Notes: generated by a model from the letters alone, not told the origin. 64,000 nucleotides of DNA from Longimicrobiales bacterium (GCA_965238005.1 OZ250165.1:4736001-4800000), one strand, 5' to 3'. Shown: positions 1-10,477, counted from the first letter of the stretch. Made by a program: numbers and translations.

Positions 1-1
1 A

Positions 2-748
2 ATCCAGTACAACCTTGCGGTGGGCCGGCTCAAGGCAGTGGCGCTCAGCACCTCGAGCTACACCACGGGCCAGTCCGTAACCTGGATCCAGGGGTGCGAT
101 CTCCTGGATTGGAGTCGACCGCAAAGGCGCTCGCGGAAGACAGTGCTCACCGTCGATCACGTGATGGCGTCGGCTTCCCTCCCGCTATTCTTCCCGGCCA
201 TCCGCATCGGTGACGAGTTCTATGGTGACGGGGGGGTGCGTCTCGCCGCACCGCTCTCCCCCGCGCTCCATCTCGGAGCCGAGAAGATCCTGGCCATCTC
301 CACGCGCTACGAGCGCTCACCAGCCGAGGCTCGGGTTCCTGAAGTGACCGGTTACCCGCCCCCGGCCCAGGTACTGGGTGTACTGCTCAACTCGGTCTTT
401 CTCGATCTCCTCGACCAGGACGCGCTGCGGCTTGAGCGGCTAAACCGTCTCATGGATCAGGTGCCCCTCAGCGGAAGGGACGGTCTGCGACGGGTGAGCC
501 TCCTGATCCTGCGCCCCCCAGTCGATCTCGGACACCTCGCGAGCGAGTTCGAGCCCAAGCTTCCCAAGACCTTCCGCTTCCTCACGAGAGGGCTGGGCAC
601 CCGTCAGACCGCCAGTTCGGACCTCCTCAGCCTCGTTCTTTTCCAGCCGGACTACATGCATCGCCTCATCGAGCTCGGCGAGACCGACGCCGAGGCAAAG
701 GCCGACGAGATCGACGAGTTCATTGTGGCGGAGGGCTCCGACGATTGA
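2..748 (+). CDS. Patatin-like phospholipase, 5' end outside the window
   Basis: ASASLPLFFP and YGDGG (patatin DGG motif); frame is open to the window edge. Confidence 0.8.
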   Translation: MQYNLAVGRLKAVALSTSSYTTGQSVTWIQGCDLLDWSRPQRRSRKTVLTVDHVMASASLPLFFPAIRIGDEFYGDGGVRLAAPLSPALHLGAEKILAISTRYERSPAEARVPEVTGYPPPAQVLGVLLNSVFLDLLDQDALRLERLNRLMDQVPLSGRDGLRRVSLLILRPPVDLGHLASEFEPKLPKTFRFLTRGLGTRQTASSDLLSLVLFQPDYMHRLIELGETDAEAKADEIDEFIVAEGSDD

Positions 749-925
749 TTCCGACGGGACCGCTAGATGCCTTGTGCGCGACCCGCTGTACTCCTTCAAG
801 AGGACTCTTGATCTCCATCCAGAGAGACGACGGGCACACGCAGACGGAGGCACGGGTTACATTTCTAAGGTGCAGCGGACCATAGCTGGAGTCCCGTCCC
901 AGTCCGCAACCAGGGGAAGACGGTC

Positions 926-2887
926 ATGTCGCAGGAGCCCAACAAGGCCCTGGCCAGCGTACAGGAAGCACGGCAGGTCGCCGAGGCCGCACGAGAGACC
1001 GAGTGGAAGAACCGGAGCTTCGCCCGGGCGCTGTTCGACGGCCGGCTAGACCTTCATGTGGTATATCCGCCGCCCGAGCCGAGCCCTGAGCAGGAGGCCA
1101 GGGCCGAGCCGTTCCTGAAGGCGCTGGAGGAGTTCACGATCGCCCACATCGACGGCGATGCCATCGACCGCGATCGCTGGGTCCCCCAGGAGGTCCTGGA
1201 TGGCCTGGCGGCGCTCGGCGCCTTCGGCATCAAGATCCCCCAGGAGTACGGTGGTCTCGGGCTCTCTCAGTATCACTACAACAAGGCCCTCGGCATCGTC
1301 GCCAGCCGGTGCGGCTCGACGGGTGCGTTCCTGTCCGCGCATCAGTCCATCGGCGTCCCGCAGCCGCTGATCTACTTCGGCACCGAGGAGCAGAAGAGGA
1401 AATACCTCCCACGGCTCGCGGCGGGTGAGCTGTCGGCCTTCGCCCTGACGGAGCAGGACGTCGGTTCAGACCCGGCAAACCTGTCCACCACGGCGGAGCT
1501 CTCGGAGGACGGCCAGCACTGGATCCTGAACGGCGAGAAGCTCTGGTGCACCAACGGACCGCGGGCGGACATCATCGTTGTCATGGTACGGACCCCGGCC
1601 CGGGAGGGGGTACGGGGGCGGAAGCCTATCAGCGCATTGATCGTCGAGACGGCGTGGGAAGGCGTCGAGGTCGGACATGTCTGCACGTTCCTGGGCCTCA
1701 ACGGCCTATCCAACGGCGTGATCCGCTTCAACAACGTCAAAGTCCCCAGGGACAACCTGCTCTGGGGAGAGGGTCGAGGGCTCAAGCTGGCTCTCATCAC
1801 CCTGAATACGGGACGGCTGTCCATTCCGGCGTTCTGCGCCGTGGGAGCGAAGGGAGCCCTCCTGTCGTGCCGGCAATGGGCGGCCGAGCGCGTCCAGTGG
1901 GGGGCACCCGTGGGCAAGCACGATGCCATCGCCCAGAAGCTCGGCACCATGGCCGCCAATACGTTCGCCCTCGACGCCGTCGTCGACCTGACCGCCCGCA
2001 TGGCCGACGCCAAGAGCTTCGACATTCGTATCGAGGCCGCCATCGCGAAGATGTGGAACAGTGAGACCAGCTATCAAGTCATCGATGACGCCGTGCAGAT
2101 CCGGGGCGGGCGGGGGTACGAGCAGGCCGACTCCCTTCGCGCACGTGGTGAGCATCCTTACCCGATCGAGCGCGCGCTCCGGGACAGCAGAATCAACCTC
2201 ATCTTCGAGGGATCCAGCGAGATCATGCGCCTCTTCATCGCCCGGGAGGCCGTAGACAGCCACCTGAGCGTGGCAGGCGACTTGATCGATCCCAAGGCGC
2301 CCATGGGGAAGCGCCTCGCCGCCTTGATCCGGGCGGGCCTCCACTACGCCTGGTGGTATCCCACCCGCTGGCTCACCTGGGGCCGGTGGCCCCGGTATCG
2401 GGAGTTCGGCCCCTTGGCAGGCCACCTGAGGTACGCCCACAGAACCTCGGCACGGCTGGCGAGATCAATCTTCTATGCCATGGCTCGCTTCGGCCCCGGC
2501 CTCGAGCGAAAGCAGGCGGTTCTCGGGAGGATCGTCGAGATCGGCTCCGAGCTGTTCGTGATGATCTCCACGATCGTGCGGGCCCAGAGCCTCGTGAGGG
2601 CGAGTCCGTCGGACCGGTCCCCGTACACGTTGGCGGACCTCTTCTGTCGTCAGGCCAGGGCCCGGATCAGGGACCGCTTCGATCGCCTGTTCTCGAACAA
2701 CGACGCCGCCACGTACAAGGTGGCACAACAGACGATGAAGGGGATGTTCGCCTGGGTGGAAGAGGGGCTGGTGAAGGAAGACTGGATTCCATCCGAGGAG
2801 CCGGCCACCACCACCCCTGTGGAGCCCGTGGCACCCCCGGTGCAACCCGCACCGGCGGACTCACCGGAGCCGGCAGCGACGGGATAG
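926..2887 (+). CDS. Acyl-CoA dehydrogenase (long ACAD9/VLCAD-like form)
   Basis: FALTEQDVGSD, LNGEKLWCTN, QIRGGRGY and IFEGSSEI motifs; C-terminal extension. Confidence 0.92.
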   Translation: MSQEPNKALASVQEARQVAEAARETEWKNRSFARALFDGRLDLHVVYPPPEPSPEQEARAEPFLKALEEFTIAHIDGDAIDRDRWVPQEVLDGLAALGAFGIKIPQEYGGLGLSQYHYNKALGIVASRCGSTGAFLSAHQSIGVPQPLIYFGTEEQKRKYLPRLAAGELSAFALTEQDVGSDPANLSTTAELSEDGQHWILNGEKLWCTNGPRADIIVVMVRTPAREGVRGRKPISALIVETAWEGVEVGHVCTFLGLNGLSNGVIRFNNVKVPRDNLLWGEGRGLKLALITLNTGRLSIPAFCAVGAKGALLSCRQWAAERVQWGAPVGKHDAIAQKLGTMAANTFALDAVVDLTARMADAKSFDIRIEAAIAKMWNSETSYQVIDDAVQIRGGRGYEQADSLRARGEHPYPIERALRDSRINLIFEGSSEIMRLFIAREAVDSHLSVAGDLIDPKAPMGKRLAALIRAGLHYAWWYPTRWLTWGRWPRYREFGPLAGHLRYAHRTSARLARSIFYAMARFGPGLERKQAVLGRIVEIGSELFVMISTIVRAQSLVRASPSDRSPYTLADLFCRQARARIRDRFDRLFSNNDAATYKVAQQTMKGMFAWVEEGLVKEDWIPSEEPATTTPVEPVAPPVQPAPADSPEPAATG

Positions 2888-2889
2888 AC

Positions 2890-4664
2890 TCAGAACACCA
2901 GGGCGTCGCCGGACTGTCGCCGATACAGGCGGTCGTAGACGTCACTCCTCTCGAGAAGCTCCCGGTGCGAGCCCTGGTCCACGATGGTGCCCCGGTCCAG
3001 CACCAGGATTCGGTCCGCCCGTATCACCGTCGACAGGCGGTGGGCGATGACCAGGGTCGTGAGCCCCTCCATGAGGTGCCGAGAGCGTTCTGCACCAACG
3101 CTTCGCTCTCCGCGTCGAGGCTGCTCGACGCCTCATCCAGGATCAGGACCTTGGGGCGCTCCAGGATGACCCGAGCGATGGCCACGCGCTGGCGCTGGCC
3201 GGCGCTGAGGGTAACGCCGCGCTCACCCACCATCTGGTCGAGCCCATCAGTCAGGTCGGCGATGAACTCGGCGGCATGAGCGGCCTGCGCCGCCTCTTCG
3301 ATCTCCGCCTCAGTGGCATCCAGGTTCCCGTAGATCAGGTTCTCACGAACGGTCCCGGCGAAGAGCATCGGCTCCTGCGGAACGATGCCGATCTCACTTC
3401 TGAGCTCGTGGAGGGATAGCTGGCGCACGTCGACCCCGTCCAACGACACGGAGCCCTCTTCCACGTCGAAAAAGCGGGGGATCAATGAAACGAGGGTGCT
3501 CTTGCCCACCCCAGAGCTGCCCACCAGAGCCACGGTCTCGCCCTCCTCCAGCGTGAGGTCGATCCCGTCCAGGACGTGTGGTAGATGCGGCCCGTAGCGG
3601 AAGACGACCCCCGCCGTAGCGAACTACCCCACGGGTCGGGCGGGGGAGCGGCTTCGGATCGCGGGGCGACTCGATGGTCACTGGATGATCCAAGAGCTCG
3701 AAGATACGCTTGGCGGCGCCGGCAGCCTCCTGGAGATTCCCCCAGAAGCCGGCCAACGACGTGATCGCCCCGGAGATGGTCACGGCGTACAGCAGAAAGG
3801 CCACCAGCGTCCCGGGGGTAAGCGCCCCGGCCAGGACCAGGCGGCCCCCCTCCCACAGGACCACGACGATGGCCCCGAACGCGGCAAGGTCACGGCGCCG
3901 TGAGACTCGCTCGGGCCACAGCACGCCGGAGACCTTCGTCCCGGGCACGATTCACCTCGGTCTCATACGCCTCCGCCTCGTATCCCTCACGAGTGAAGCT
4001 CTGCACAGTGCGGATCTGGGTGAAGACTTGCTCCGCCCTGGAGACGGCGTCGGCCAGGCGATCCTGGATGTGCGTGCTGATGTGCCGGACGCGGCGACCG
4101 AAAAACCAGCCCACCAGAGCGGCGAAGGGGATCGCCGTGAGTGTCACGAGAGTGAGTCGTGGATTGGTGATCGTGACGAGCACGAGAGCGCCGACCAGGA
4201 AGATGCCCTGCCCGACGATCTCGGGGACGCCGAAGCGAAGAACGCCCCTGGATGAGACCCGAGTCCGACGCCAGTCACGATGTGAGCTCTCCGACGCGTC
4301 TGGAGGCGAAGAAGCCCGGAGGCTGGTGGACGAGGAAGCCGAAGAGGTCCCGTCTCAGGTCCGCGACGACCCGTTCGGAGACCGAAGCGGTCAGGTAGCT
4401 CTGGCCGAAATTGACCACCGCCTGCACCCCGAAGAGCCCCAGCAGCCCCAGGGCGACGCGATTGAGGAGGCCGGAGTCGTTGGCGAGGAAAGCGGCGTCT
4501 AGGAGCTCCCGGACGATGAGCGGGAACGCCAGGCCGACGCCCGTACTCATGAGCATGAGAACGGCGGCCCCGACCAGGGCGAAGCGATAGGGTCGGATCC
4601 GTGGCGTGAGGCGCCGGAGGAACCCCACGGTCTTCTTCGGGCTCAGGCGCTCCCGTGGCGGCAT
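2890..4664 (-). pseudogene. MsbA-like ABC exporter (TMD+NBD), broken into at least 5 pieces
   Basis: Walker [28 protein letters not shown] and IAHRLST lie in different frames; in-frame TGA at 4275-4277 in GELTS*LASD, where Arg is expected. Confidence 0.85.
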
Positions 4665-4762
4665 GGAAGCGTCCTCTTATCTATTGGATCCATGAACGGA
4701 TGGGTAATCTGTTAGGTTCTCTGGGGCTAATCCCCCGGGCAAGATATTGGCGAGGATCGGGT

Positions 4763-5710
4763 ATGAACACCGCGCAGCATCACAGGGGCTTCTACGTCGC
4801 CACGGTCTGGACCCTGGGGCTCCTTTTTCTGGGGAGCATCGTCCACGCCACGGAATCCAGCCTTGCGTGCCCCGACTGGCCCACGTGCTACGGCACCATG
4901 GTCCCCGAGATGACGGGGGGCGTCTTCTGGGAGCACCTGCATCGCCTGGTGGCCGGCGGCCTGGTCCTGATCTTCGCCGCGGCGACCTACGTGTCTTGGA
5001 AGCCGGAGGCGCACCGGCCGGCTATCAGGAAGTGGGCCCTTGCGGGCATCGGCCTGCTCATCGTTCAGAGTGTCTTCGGTGGGCTCACGGTCCTTCTGCA
5101 GCTCCCTGACGCCATCTCGACGACCCACTTGGCGTTGGCCTTCCTCTTCCTGGCCCTGGCCACGGGCCTGACCGTGGTCACTTCGCCCCGGTGGACGTCG
5201 GGGGAGGGGGCCGCGATCAGCCTCGTGGGTCTTCGCCGGATCGCGCTCGTGGGGGCGGTCCTCACCTTCCTCCAATCGGTCCTTGGAGGAGCCGTTCGGC
5301 ACATGGACGCAGGACTCGTGTGTCCCGATGTCCCCCTGTGCCTCGGCCAGTGGGTGCCCCCCCTGGAGACCGCCACTGTCGCTGTCCACTTCGGACACAG
5401 GGTGGTCGGCATCCTGCTGTTGGTGTCCCTGTCGGTCCTCGCGGTGCGGGCGATGAGGGAGCTGGAACCCTCGGTGGCCAGGACGCTTGCTCTGACGGCC
5501 GGAGCCCTCGTGGTCCTTCAGGTGACGTTGGGATTCCTTTCGGTGTATATGCGGCTGGCCGTCATGCCCGTGTCACTCCACACGCTGCTGGCCGCCACTA
5601 TCCTGACCCTCACCGTGGCGTTGGTGGTGATGACGTTGGCTCCGCAGGCAGGCACTTCCGGCACCGTGGACGTAGCCACCGAAAGCGAGGCCGTCGCACC
5701 CGGGAGCTAG
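4763..5710 (+). CDS. ctaA: Heme A synthase COX15/CtaA family
   Basis: LACPDWPTC, EHLHR, second CPDVPLC/HR repeat, multiple TM helices; ATG 4763 is preceded by GAGGA. Confidence 0.88.
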   Translation: MNTAQHHRGFYVATVWTLGLLFLGSIVHATESSLACPDWPTCYGTMVPEMTGGVFWEHLHRLVAGGLVLIFAAATYVSWKPEAHRPAIRKWALAGIGLLIVQSVFGGLTVLLQLPDAISTTHLALAFLFLALATGLTVVTSPRWTSGEGAAISLVGLRRIALVGAVLTFLQSVLGGAVRHMDAGLVCPDVPLCLGQWVPPLETATVAVHFGHRVVGILLLVSLSVLAVRAMRELEPSVARTLALTAGALVVLQVTLGFLSVYMRLAVMPVSLHTLLAATILTLTVALVVMTLAPQAGTSGTVDVATESEAVAPGS

Positions 5711-5985
5711 TGTGGTGTCCCAGAAGTTCGCGAGCCACCGAGAGTGCCGAGGCGCCGGATCCGGGGTACCCGCGACGTTAGGCGTGGGTCAGTCGGGGCG
5801 ACGAGGAATAGCAACGCGGGCACCGCGGCCAATGGCCGTGGTCTGACGAGGAGGAACGCCGCAGGGCCGGATGCATCGGTGCTCGAGCCGAGCGACCTTC
5901 ATGCTCGTCGTGAGCGTCGAGTTAACCGCGAGACGATCGAGGGCAGCGAGATCAATGGCCGAGACACTTCTGGGACACCACACTA
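5708..5985 (+). mobile_element. MITE-like element type A, copy 1 (flanking TA included)
   Basis: Perfect TIR GTGTGGTGTCCCAGAAGT/ACTTCTGGGACACCACAC, TA on both sides; near-identical copies at 27.3 and 48.6 kb. Confidence 0.9.
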
Positions 5986-6013
5986 GTTAGGCAGAGAGCT
6001 CAAGGCGGGGGGT

Positions 6014-6763
6014 TCAGGCCAGCGGAACGGCGATCTCTACCTCCGCGCCTCCGTCGGTGCGGTTCCTCAGGTGGATTCGCCCGGCCTGTTGCTCCACGGC
6101 CCTCCGTGCGTGCGAGAGGCCCAGGCCCAACCCCCCCTCGGTCGTCGTGTAGAAGGGATCGTACGCCCTGGACAGGGCTTCCGCCGTGAAGCCGGGACCT
6201 TCGTCCTGAACGAGTACCCGACCCCACTCTCTGTCGCTGGACACCGTCACGACTACTCCCTTTCCCTCACCGAACACCGCCGCATTGTGAAGAATGAGGT
6301 AGAACGCATCGAGGAGTGCTTCGGTATTCACCTGGACTGAAACCGGCCCCTTGGCGGACACCCGCACCGACAGATCCCAATCCGCCTCGTAGTCGTGGAC
6401 GGCCTCCTTCGCGATGCGCAACAAGTCGTCCTCGTCGATCTCCCCTGTCGGATCCTCGAGGAAGAAGTGGAGATCGTCCACCGCCGCGACGGCCTGCTCC
6501 GCTGCCTTCCTGAGAGAGAGCCTTCGGTCCTTGAAGGCCGCGGACAGTGGAGCATCCACGTTCTGGCGCAGATACCCCCCGATGCGGGAGAGGGCGAGGC
6601 TGAAGGCCTCGTCCGGGCCGCCACCCCCACCTGAGGTTACGGAACCGGGCTTGGCCACGCCAGACGTGCCCCCCTGTGGACGACTCGAGCTCCTTCCTAC
6701 GAAGAAGCCCATCAAAGCCGCCACCAGGGCGGCCATCACCGATACCGCCGACAACCCGTCCAT
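6014..6763 (-). CDS. Membrane-anchored histidine-kinase-like ATPase (HATPase_c) with degenerate H-box
   Basis: N-terminal TM; ILHNA, DEGPG, DPFYTT and GLGLGL boxes. Confidence 0.8.
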   Translation of the reverse strand: MDGLSAVSVMAALVAALMGFFVGRSSSRPQGGTSGVAKPGSVTSGGGGGPDEAFSLALSRIGGYLRQNVDAPLSAAFKDRRLSLRKAAEQAVAAVDDLHFFLEDPTGEIDEDDLLRIAKEAVHDYEADWDLSVRVSAKGPVSVQVNTEALLDAFYLILHNAAVFGEGKGVVVTVSSDREWGRVLVQDEGPGFTAEALSRAYDPFYTTTEGGLGLGLSHARRAVEQQAGRIHLRNRTDGGAEVEIAVPLA

Positions 6764-6832
6764 GTACCTCCTACTCGGGCTCGCAACGCGCGGGAGCCCC
6801 GTGATGTCTTGAGAACCTACGGACCAGGTCTC

Positions 6833-7483
6833 TTACCCATGAGGCACCTGCTCCACCCCTCCTGGAATCCCCCACCGACAAAAGGCGTCTCCACGGGCCT
6901 CACAGGCCAGATGATCCACTGCCGGTGCGCCGTGGATCGTGGCGTTCAAAACGGCAGAGCAGAGACCCGACACGAGGGCGCATGCGTCACCACCGGGGTC
7001 ACTCTGCATGAAGAGGAGCGCACGACCCTCCAAGGTGAAGCCACCGCGTGCGAACCCCCCCAAGCGTCTTCCGAACAAAGCCTTCAGCCGGCGGCGAACG
7101 TGCCGACGGGCAAGGGCCAATGCCAGCCTGCGGGGCGTGAACCGAGACCGACGATCGTTCTGCTTGTTCGCGAGCCGCCTGCCGCACTCGAAGAACACGT
7201 CCTCGGAGTCGGGCCTCTTGATGACGAGACGCACCAGATTCCCGAACTCTTCGTCGGAGATCTTCCGCCCTCGCCTCGTCTCGTCTTGATAGCTGCGGAT
7301 CTGGCGCTCCACGACATCGCTCAGCCCCAGCCGCCGGGGCATGGTGACGGACGTGTCCTCCTCCTCGAAAACCTCGGAGGGTCGATCATGCGCACGAATG
7401 ACCTCCAGAAACGTGAGGGCGACCAGGGCAGAGACCCGTGGGCGTCCGTTGGCGGCAGGCTTGTGAGTTTGGCTGTGGCGCAT
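6833..7483 (-). CDS. Hypothetical protein with V4R-like C-terminus
   Basis: C...SGL...HLACEARGDAFCRW pattern; start uncertain. Confidence 0.6.
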   Translation of the reverse strand: MRHSQTHKPAANGRPRVSALVALTFLEVIRAHDRPSEVFEEEDTSVTMPRRLGLSDVVERQIRSYQDETRRGRKISDEEFGNLVRLVIKRPDSEDVFFECGRRLANKQNDRRSRFTPRRLALALARRHVRRRLKALFGRRLGGFARGGFTLEGRALLFMQSDPGGDACALVSGLCSAVLNATIHGAPAVDHLACEARGDAFCRWGIPGGVEQVPHG

Positions 7484-7884
7484 CGCGATGGTTTCGGTGA
7501 TCGCCGGTCCTCGAGGGGATCTGCCTCAACCTCAACGGGTGCGGCCTGGGGAGGCAGATGGCTACGGCTAATCTCGCTGAGCATCCCGCAACCGGCAACG
7601 CACCCGTCTCAAGACACATCTCGAGCCCGTACCGATATGAGAGTGACATCTCATTGCGCCGGTCGTATATAGCGATACGACTACCGACGATCAGGTTTTA
7701 CACCGTCTTGTTGGGGCGGGTGCAGTGTAACGGGAATCGTGCGGCCACCCTGGGGGGGCTGGTTTCGAGCCGCGACGACCGTTCCTCCATCCGCCCTTCG
7801 TCGTTTCCGATTGTTCCATCCCCCGGATAGCTTGGGTCTGACACCGGCCCGCCGAAGCACCTGCACCGATCTGAACCATCACGA

Positions 7885-9002
7885 ATGAAGCGGTACCCGA
7901 CATACGACCCGCCGGAATACCTGGAATGGACTCCGGATCTGGGATCGTCGATGCGTACGAGCGCGCGGTCCTGGAGGACGAGGAGCGGGCCGAGATCATC
8001 GCCGACCTGGACGGGGCACGGCTGGGCACCCTGTACCGCGACCTGTTGCTCACCCGCTTGCACGACATCGGACTCAAGCGATGGGTTCGGCAGGGTGTGC
8101 TTACGAAGGCGTGGCTGGGCACTGGCGAAGAGGCCGTCACGGTGGGCTCGGTCTCGGCGCTCGACTGTGAGCGAGACTTGGTCTGCCCCATGATCCGGAA
8201 TGCCGGTGCCTGCCATATGATGGGCATGCCCATGGCCGATCTATTCAGAGCCTATCTGGCTACCGCCGACTCGCCCAGTGGCGGGCGCGACCTCCATGCC
8301 GGCGATCCGTCGGTAGGGGTCATACAACCCATCAGCCACATGGGCACGAGCGTCGCGGTCATGGCGGGTGTGGCGCTGGCATTCAAGCTACGGGGCGAGG
8401 ATCGTGTCGCCATGACTTGGGTGGGCGATGGGGCGACCCGTACCGCCGCCTGCCACGAAGGGATGAACTTCGCCGCTGTCCAAGATCTCCCCGTGGTCTT
8501 CGTGATACAGAACAACCAAGTCGCCCTCGGCACACGACTCGACCAGCACGGGGCCGGAGACATGGCGCACTGGCCGGACATGTATGGCATCCCTTCCTGG
8601 GCCGCCGATGGAAAGAACGTCCTGGACGTACTCGCGACCACGACCCTAGCCGTTCGCCGATGTCGGGAAGGACGCGGGCCGGCTGTCGTGCTGGCGGAGA
8701 CTTTCCGTATGGGTGGACACGCGACCCACGACGAGGGCGAGGCCCGCGCCACGTTCCCGGCGGAGATGTTCGAGACCTGGGGACGCCGGGATCCCGTGGG
8801 GCTCTTCGAGGAGTTACTGAAGAAGAAAGGAATCTCTCAGGCGCAGTTGGCCTCCATCGAGGAAGAGGCGGCTGCCCTCGTGGATGGGGCCGCAGAGGCG
8901 GCTCTCACCTCGCGGGACGATCTCCCGAAGCCCGAGCAGGCGCTATACACAGGCTTCTCACAGGGGGGTCGCTTGGCTAACCTAGAGCGTCGGCCCGTAT
9001 GA
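7885..9002 (+). CDS. TPP-dependent 2-oxoacid dehydrogenase E1 alpha-like, probable frameshift near 7940
   Basis: GDGAT...EGMNFA...QNNQ TPP motif and RMGGHATHD; probable N-terminus MKRYPTYDPPEY is in another frame. Confidence 0.8.
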
Positions 9003-9033
9003 GGTCACGCGCCCCGTCCCGGCAGGAGGGGCC

Positions 9034-9088
9034 TTGTAGCCGAGTATCCGACGGAGCATATTTCAAACTGAAAGTGAGAATCATTATT
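9034..9088 (+). promoter_or_regulatory. Candidate sigma70 promoter (TTGTAG-17-CATATT) followed by Fur-like box at 9070-9088
   Basis: GAAAGTGAGAATCATTATT matches 15/19 positions of GATAATGATAATCATTATC. Confidence 0.6.
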
Positions 9089-9117
9089 GGTAATCGAGAT
9101 GCCATAGTCGAAGCCCG

Positions 9118-9789
9118 ATGACTCTCACCGACGGCCGTACCTCACTGGAACACCACATGGTAAAGTCGAACATAGACGAGCAGTTAGCGACGTATGTCTT
9201 GGAGGAACCCCTCGCTCAACTCAGTGACGAAGACCTGGTCACCGCTCACCTCCAAGGCCGAAACGGCGCCTTCGAAGACCTCTACGAGCGCTATCACGAT
9301 CGCCTAGTCCACTTCGTCACCCGCAAGACCGGCGACGGCGACAGGGCCCAGGATCTCGTTCAGGAGGCCTTCATTCGCGTGACCCGACACCTCCATCGGT
9401 TCGACACGACTAAGAAGTTCTCTACCTGGGTCTACACCATCGCCAGTAACCTCGCCAAGAACGAGCTGCGCAACCGATCCCGCAGTCCTCTCATTCTCTT
9501 CCAGCGGCTCACCGGCAATTGGGACGACGACCACCGGCCCCTTCAGTTCGAGGACTTCCGCATGAGGCCCGACGACCTCTACCGGAAGCGATTCCTGAGA
9601 CGCCTCGTCGAGGCCACAGTCGAGGAGTTGCCGGAGCACCACCGGTTGGTGTTCAGGCTCCGTGAGCTCGAGGGAAAAAGCTACCAGGAGATCGCCCAGA
9701 TCACCGGCGTCAACCTCGGAACCGTGAAGAGCCGGCTGCATCGTGCCAGGAACTCATTCGCCCAGAGGATCGAGCCCTTCCTCAATTAG
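9118..9789 (+). CDS. ECF sigma factor (RpoE/SigW-like)
   Basis: DLVQEAFIR, FSTWVYTIASN, SYQEIAQITGVNLGTVKSRLHRAR. Confidence 0.93.
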   Translation: MTLTDGRTSLEHHMVKSNIDEQLATYVLEEPLAQLSDEDLVTAHLQGRNGAFEDLYERYHDRLVHFVTRKTGDGDRAQDLVQEAFIRVTRHLHRFDTTKKFSTWVYTIASNLAKNELRNRSRSPLILFQRLTGNWDDDHRPLQFEDFRMRPDDLYRKRFLRRLVEATVEELPEHHRLVFRLRELEGKSYQEIAQITGVNLGTVKSRLHRARNSFAQRIEPFLN

Positions 9790-9820
9790 GCACGATGTTC
9801 CACAATTAGGCACCATGTTC
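9783..9820 (+). repeat. Tandem duplication with 20-bp period
   Basis: CAATTAGGCACGATGTTC followed by CAATTAGGCACCATGTTC. Confidence 0.85.
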
Positions 9821-10477
9821 GACAAGCTGCGCCGAGCCTTCCGGGAAGCCGTAGACAACTTCAAGGAAGAACTGGACCGGGATGACGTCCCGGAGGCCGT
9901 GGATCGTCTCCTGAGGGAAATGAAGCGCGAGGCCGCAGACACCCAGGCCGAGACCAAGCGGCTTGAGGCGGCCATCAAGAAAGCCCTCGAGGCCACCGAG
10001 ACCGAAAAGCGCGAGGGCGAGACTTGCCGGCGGCGGGAGAAGATGGCCTCCGAGATCGGTGATGAGGAGACCGCCCGGGTCGCCCGGGAGTACGCCGAGA
10101 AGCATGAGCACCGCCGGGACGTCCTCGAACAGAAGGGCTTGGCCCTCAAGGAGGAGCTGGACATGCGGCGGGGCGAGTTCCGGGAGATGATCGAGGCGAT
10201 CAAGAGCGCCGAGAAGAATCGGGAGAAGCTCACGGCAACCGCCGGACGGGCGTCGGCACGGAATTCCATCGAAGGGGCGGACGATCTATTCGCCGAGCTG
10301 GATCGCATCACCAGCGACATCGAAGACGACGATGCTCGTCGAGAGGCCCACCTGGAAGTGGACGAGGCGCTGGACGACGATCCTCTGGAAGAGTTCAGAT
10401 CGGCTCCGGAGCCACCCCCCATTGACGTGGACGCTCGATTGGAAGCACTGAAACGTGCCATGGGGAAAGACGAGTAG
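9815..10477 (+). CDS. PspA/IM30-like coiled-coil protein
   Basis: MFDKLRRAF start, GDEETARVA, C-terminal VDARLEALKRAMG. Confidence 0.7.
   Translation: MFDKLRRAFREAVDNFKEELDRDDVPEAVDRLLREMKREAADTQAETKRLEAAIKKALEATETEKREGETCRRREKMASEIGDEETARVAREYAEKHEHRRDVLEQKGLALKEELDMRRGEFREMIEAIKSAEKNREKLTATAGRASARNSIEGADDLFAELDRITSDIEDDDARREAHLEVDEALDDDPLEEFRSAPEPPPIDVDARLEALKRAMGKDE

Noticed and set aside
5843..5860. CTGACGA resembling a hammerhead ribozyme core
   Set aside because: No stem II/GAAA follows, and the motif is not kept in the other copies.
5744..5986. Short ORFs inside type A repeats (also at 27.3 and 48.7 kb)
   Set aside because: Frames differ between copies through indels; they are by-products of a non-coding repeat.
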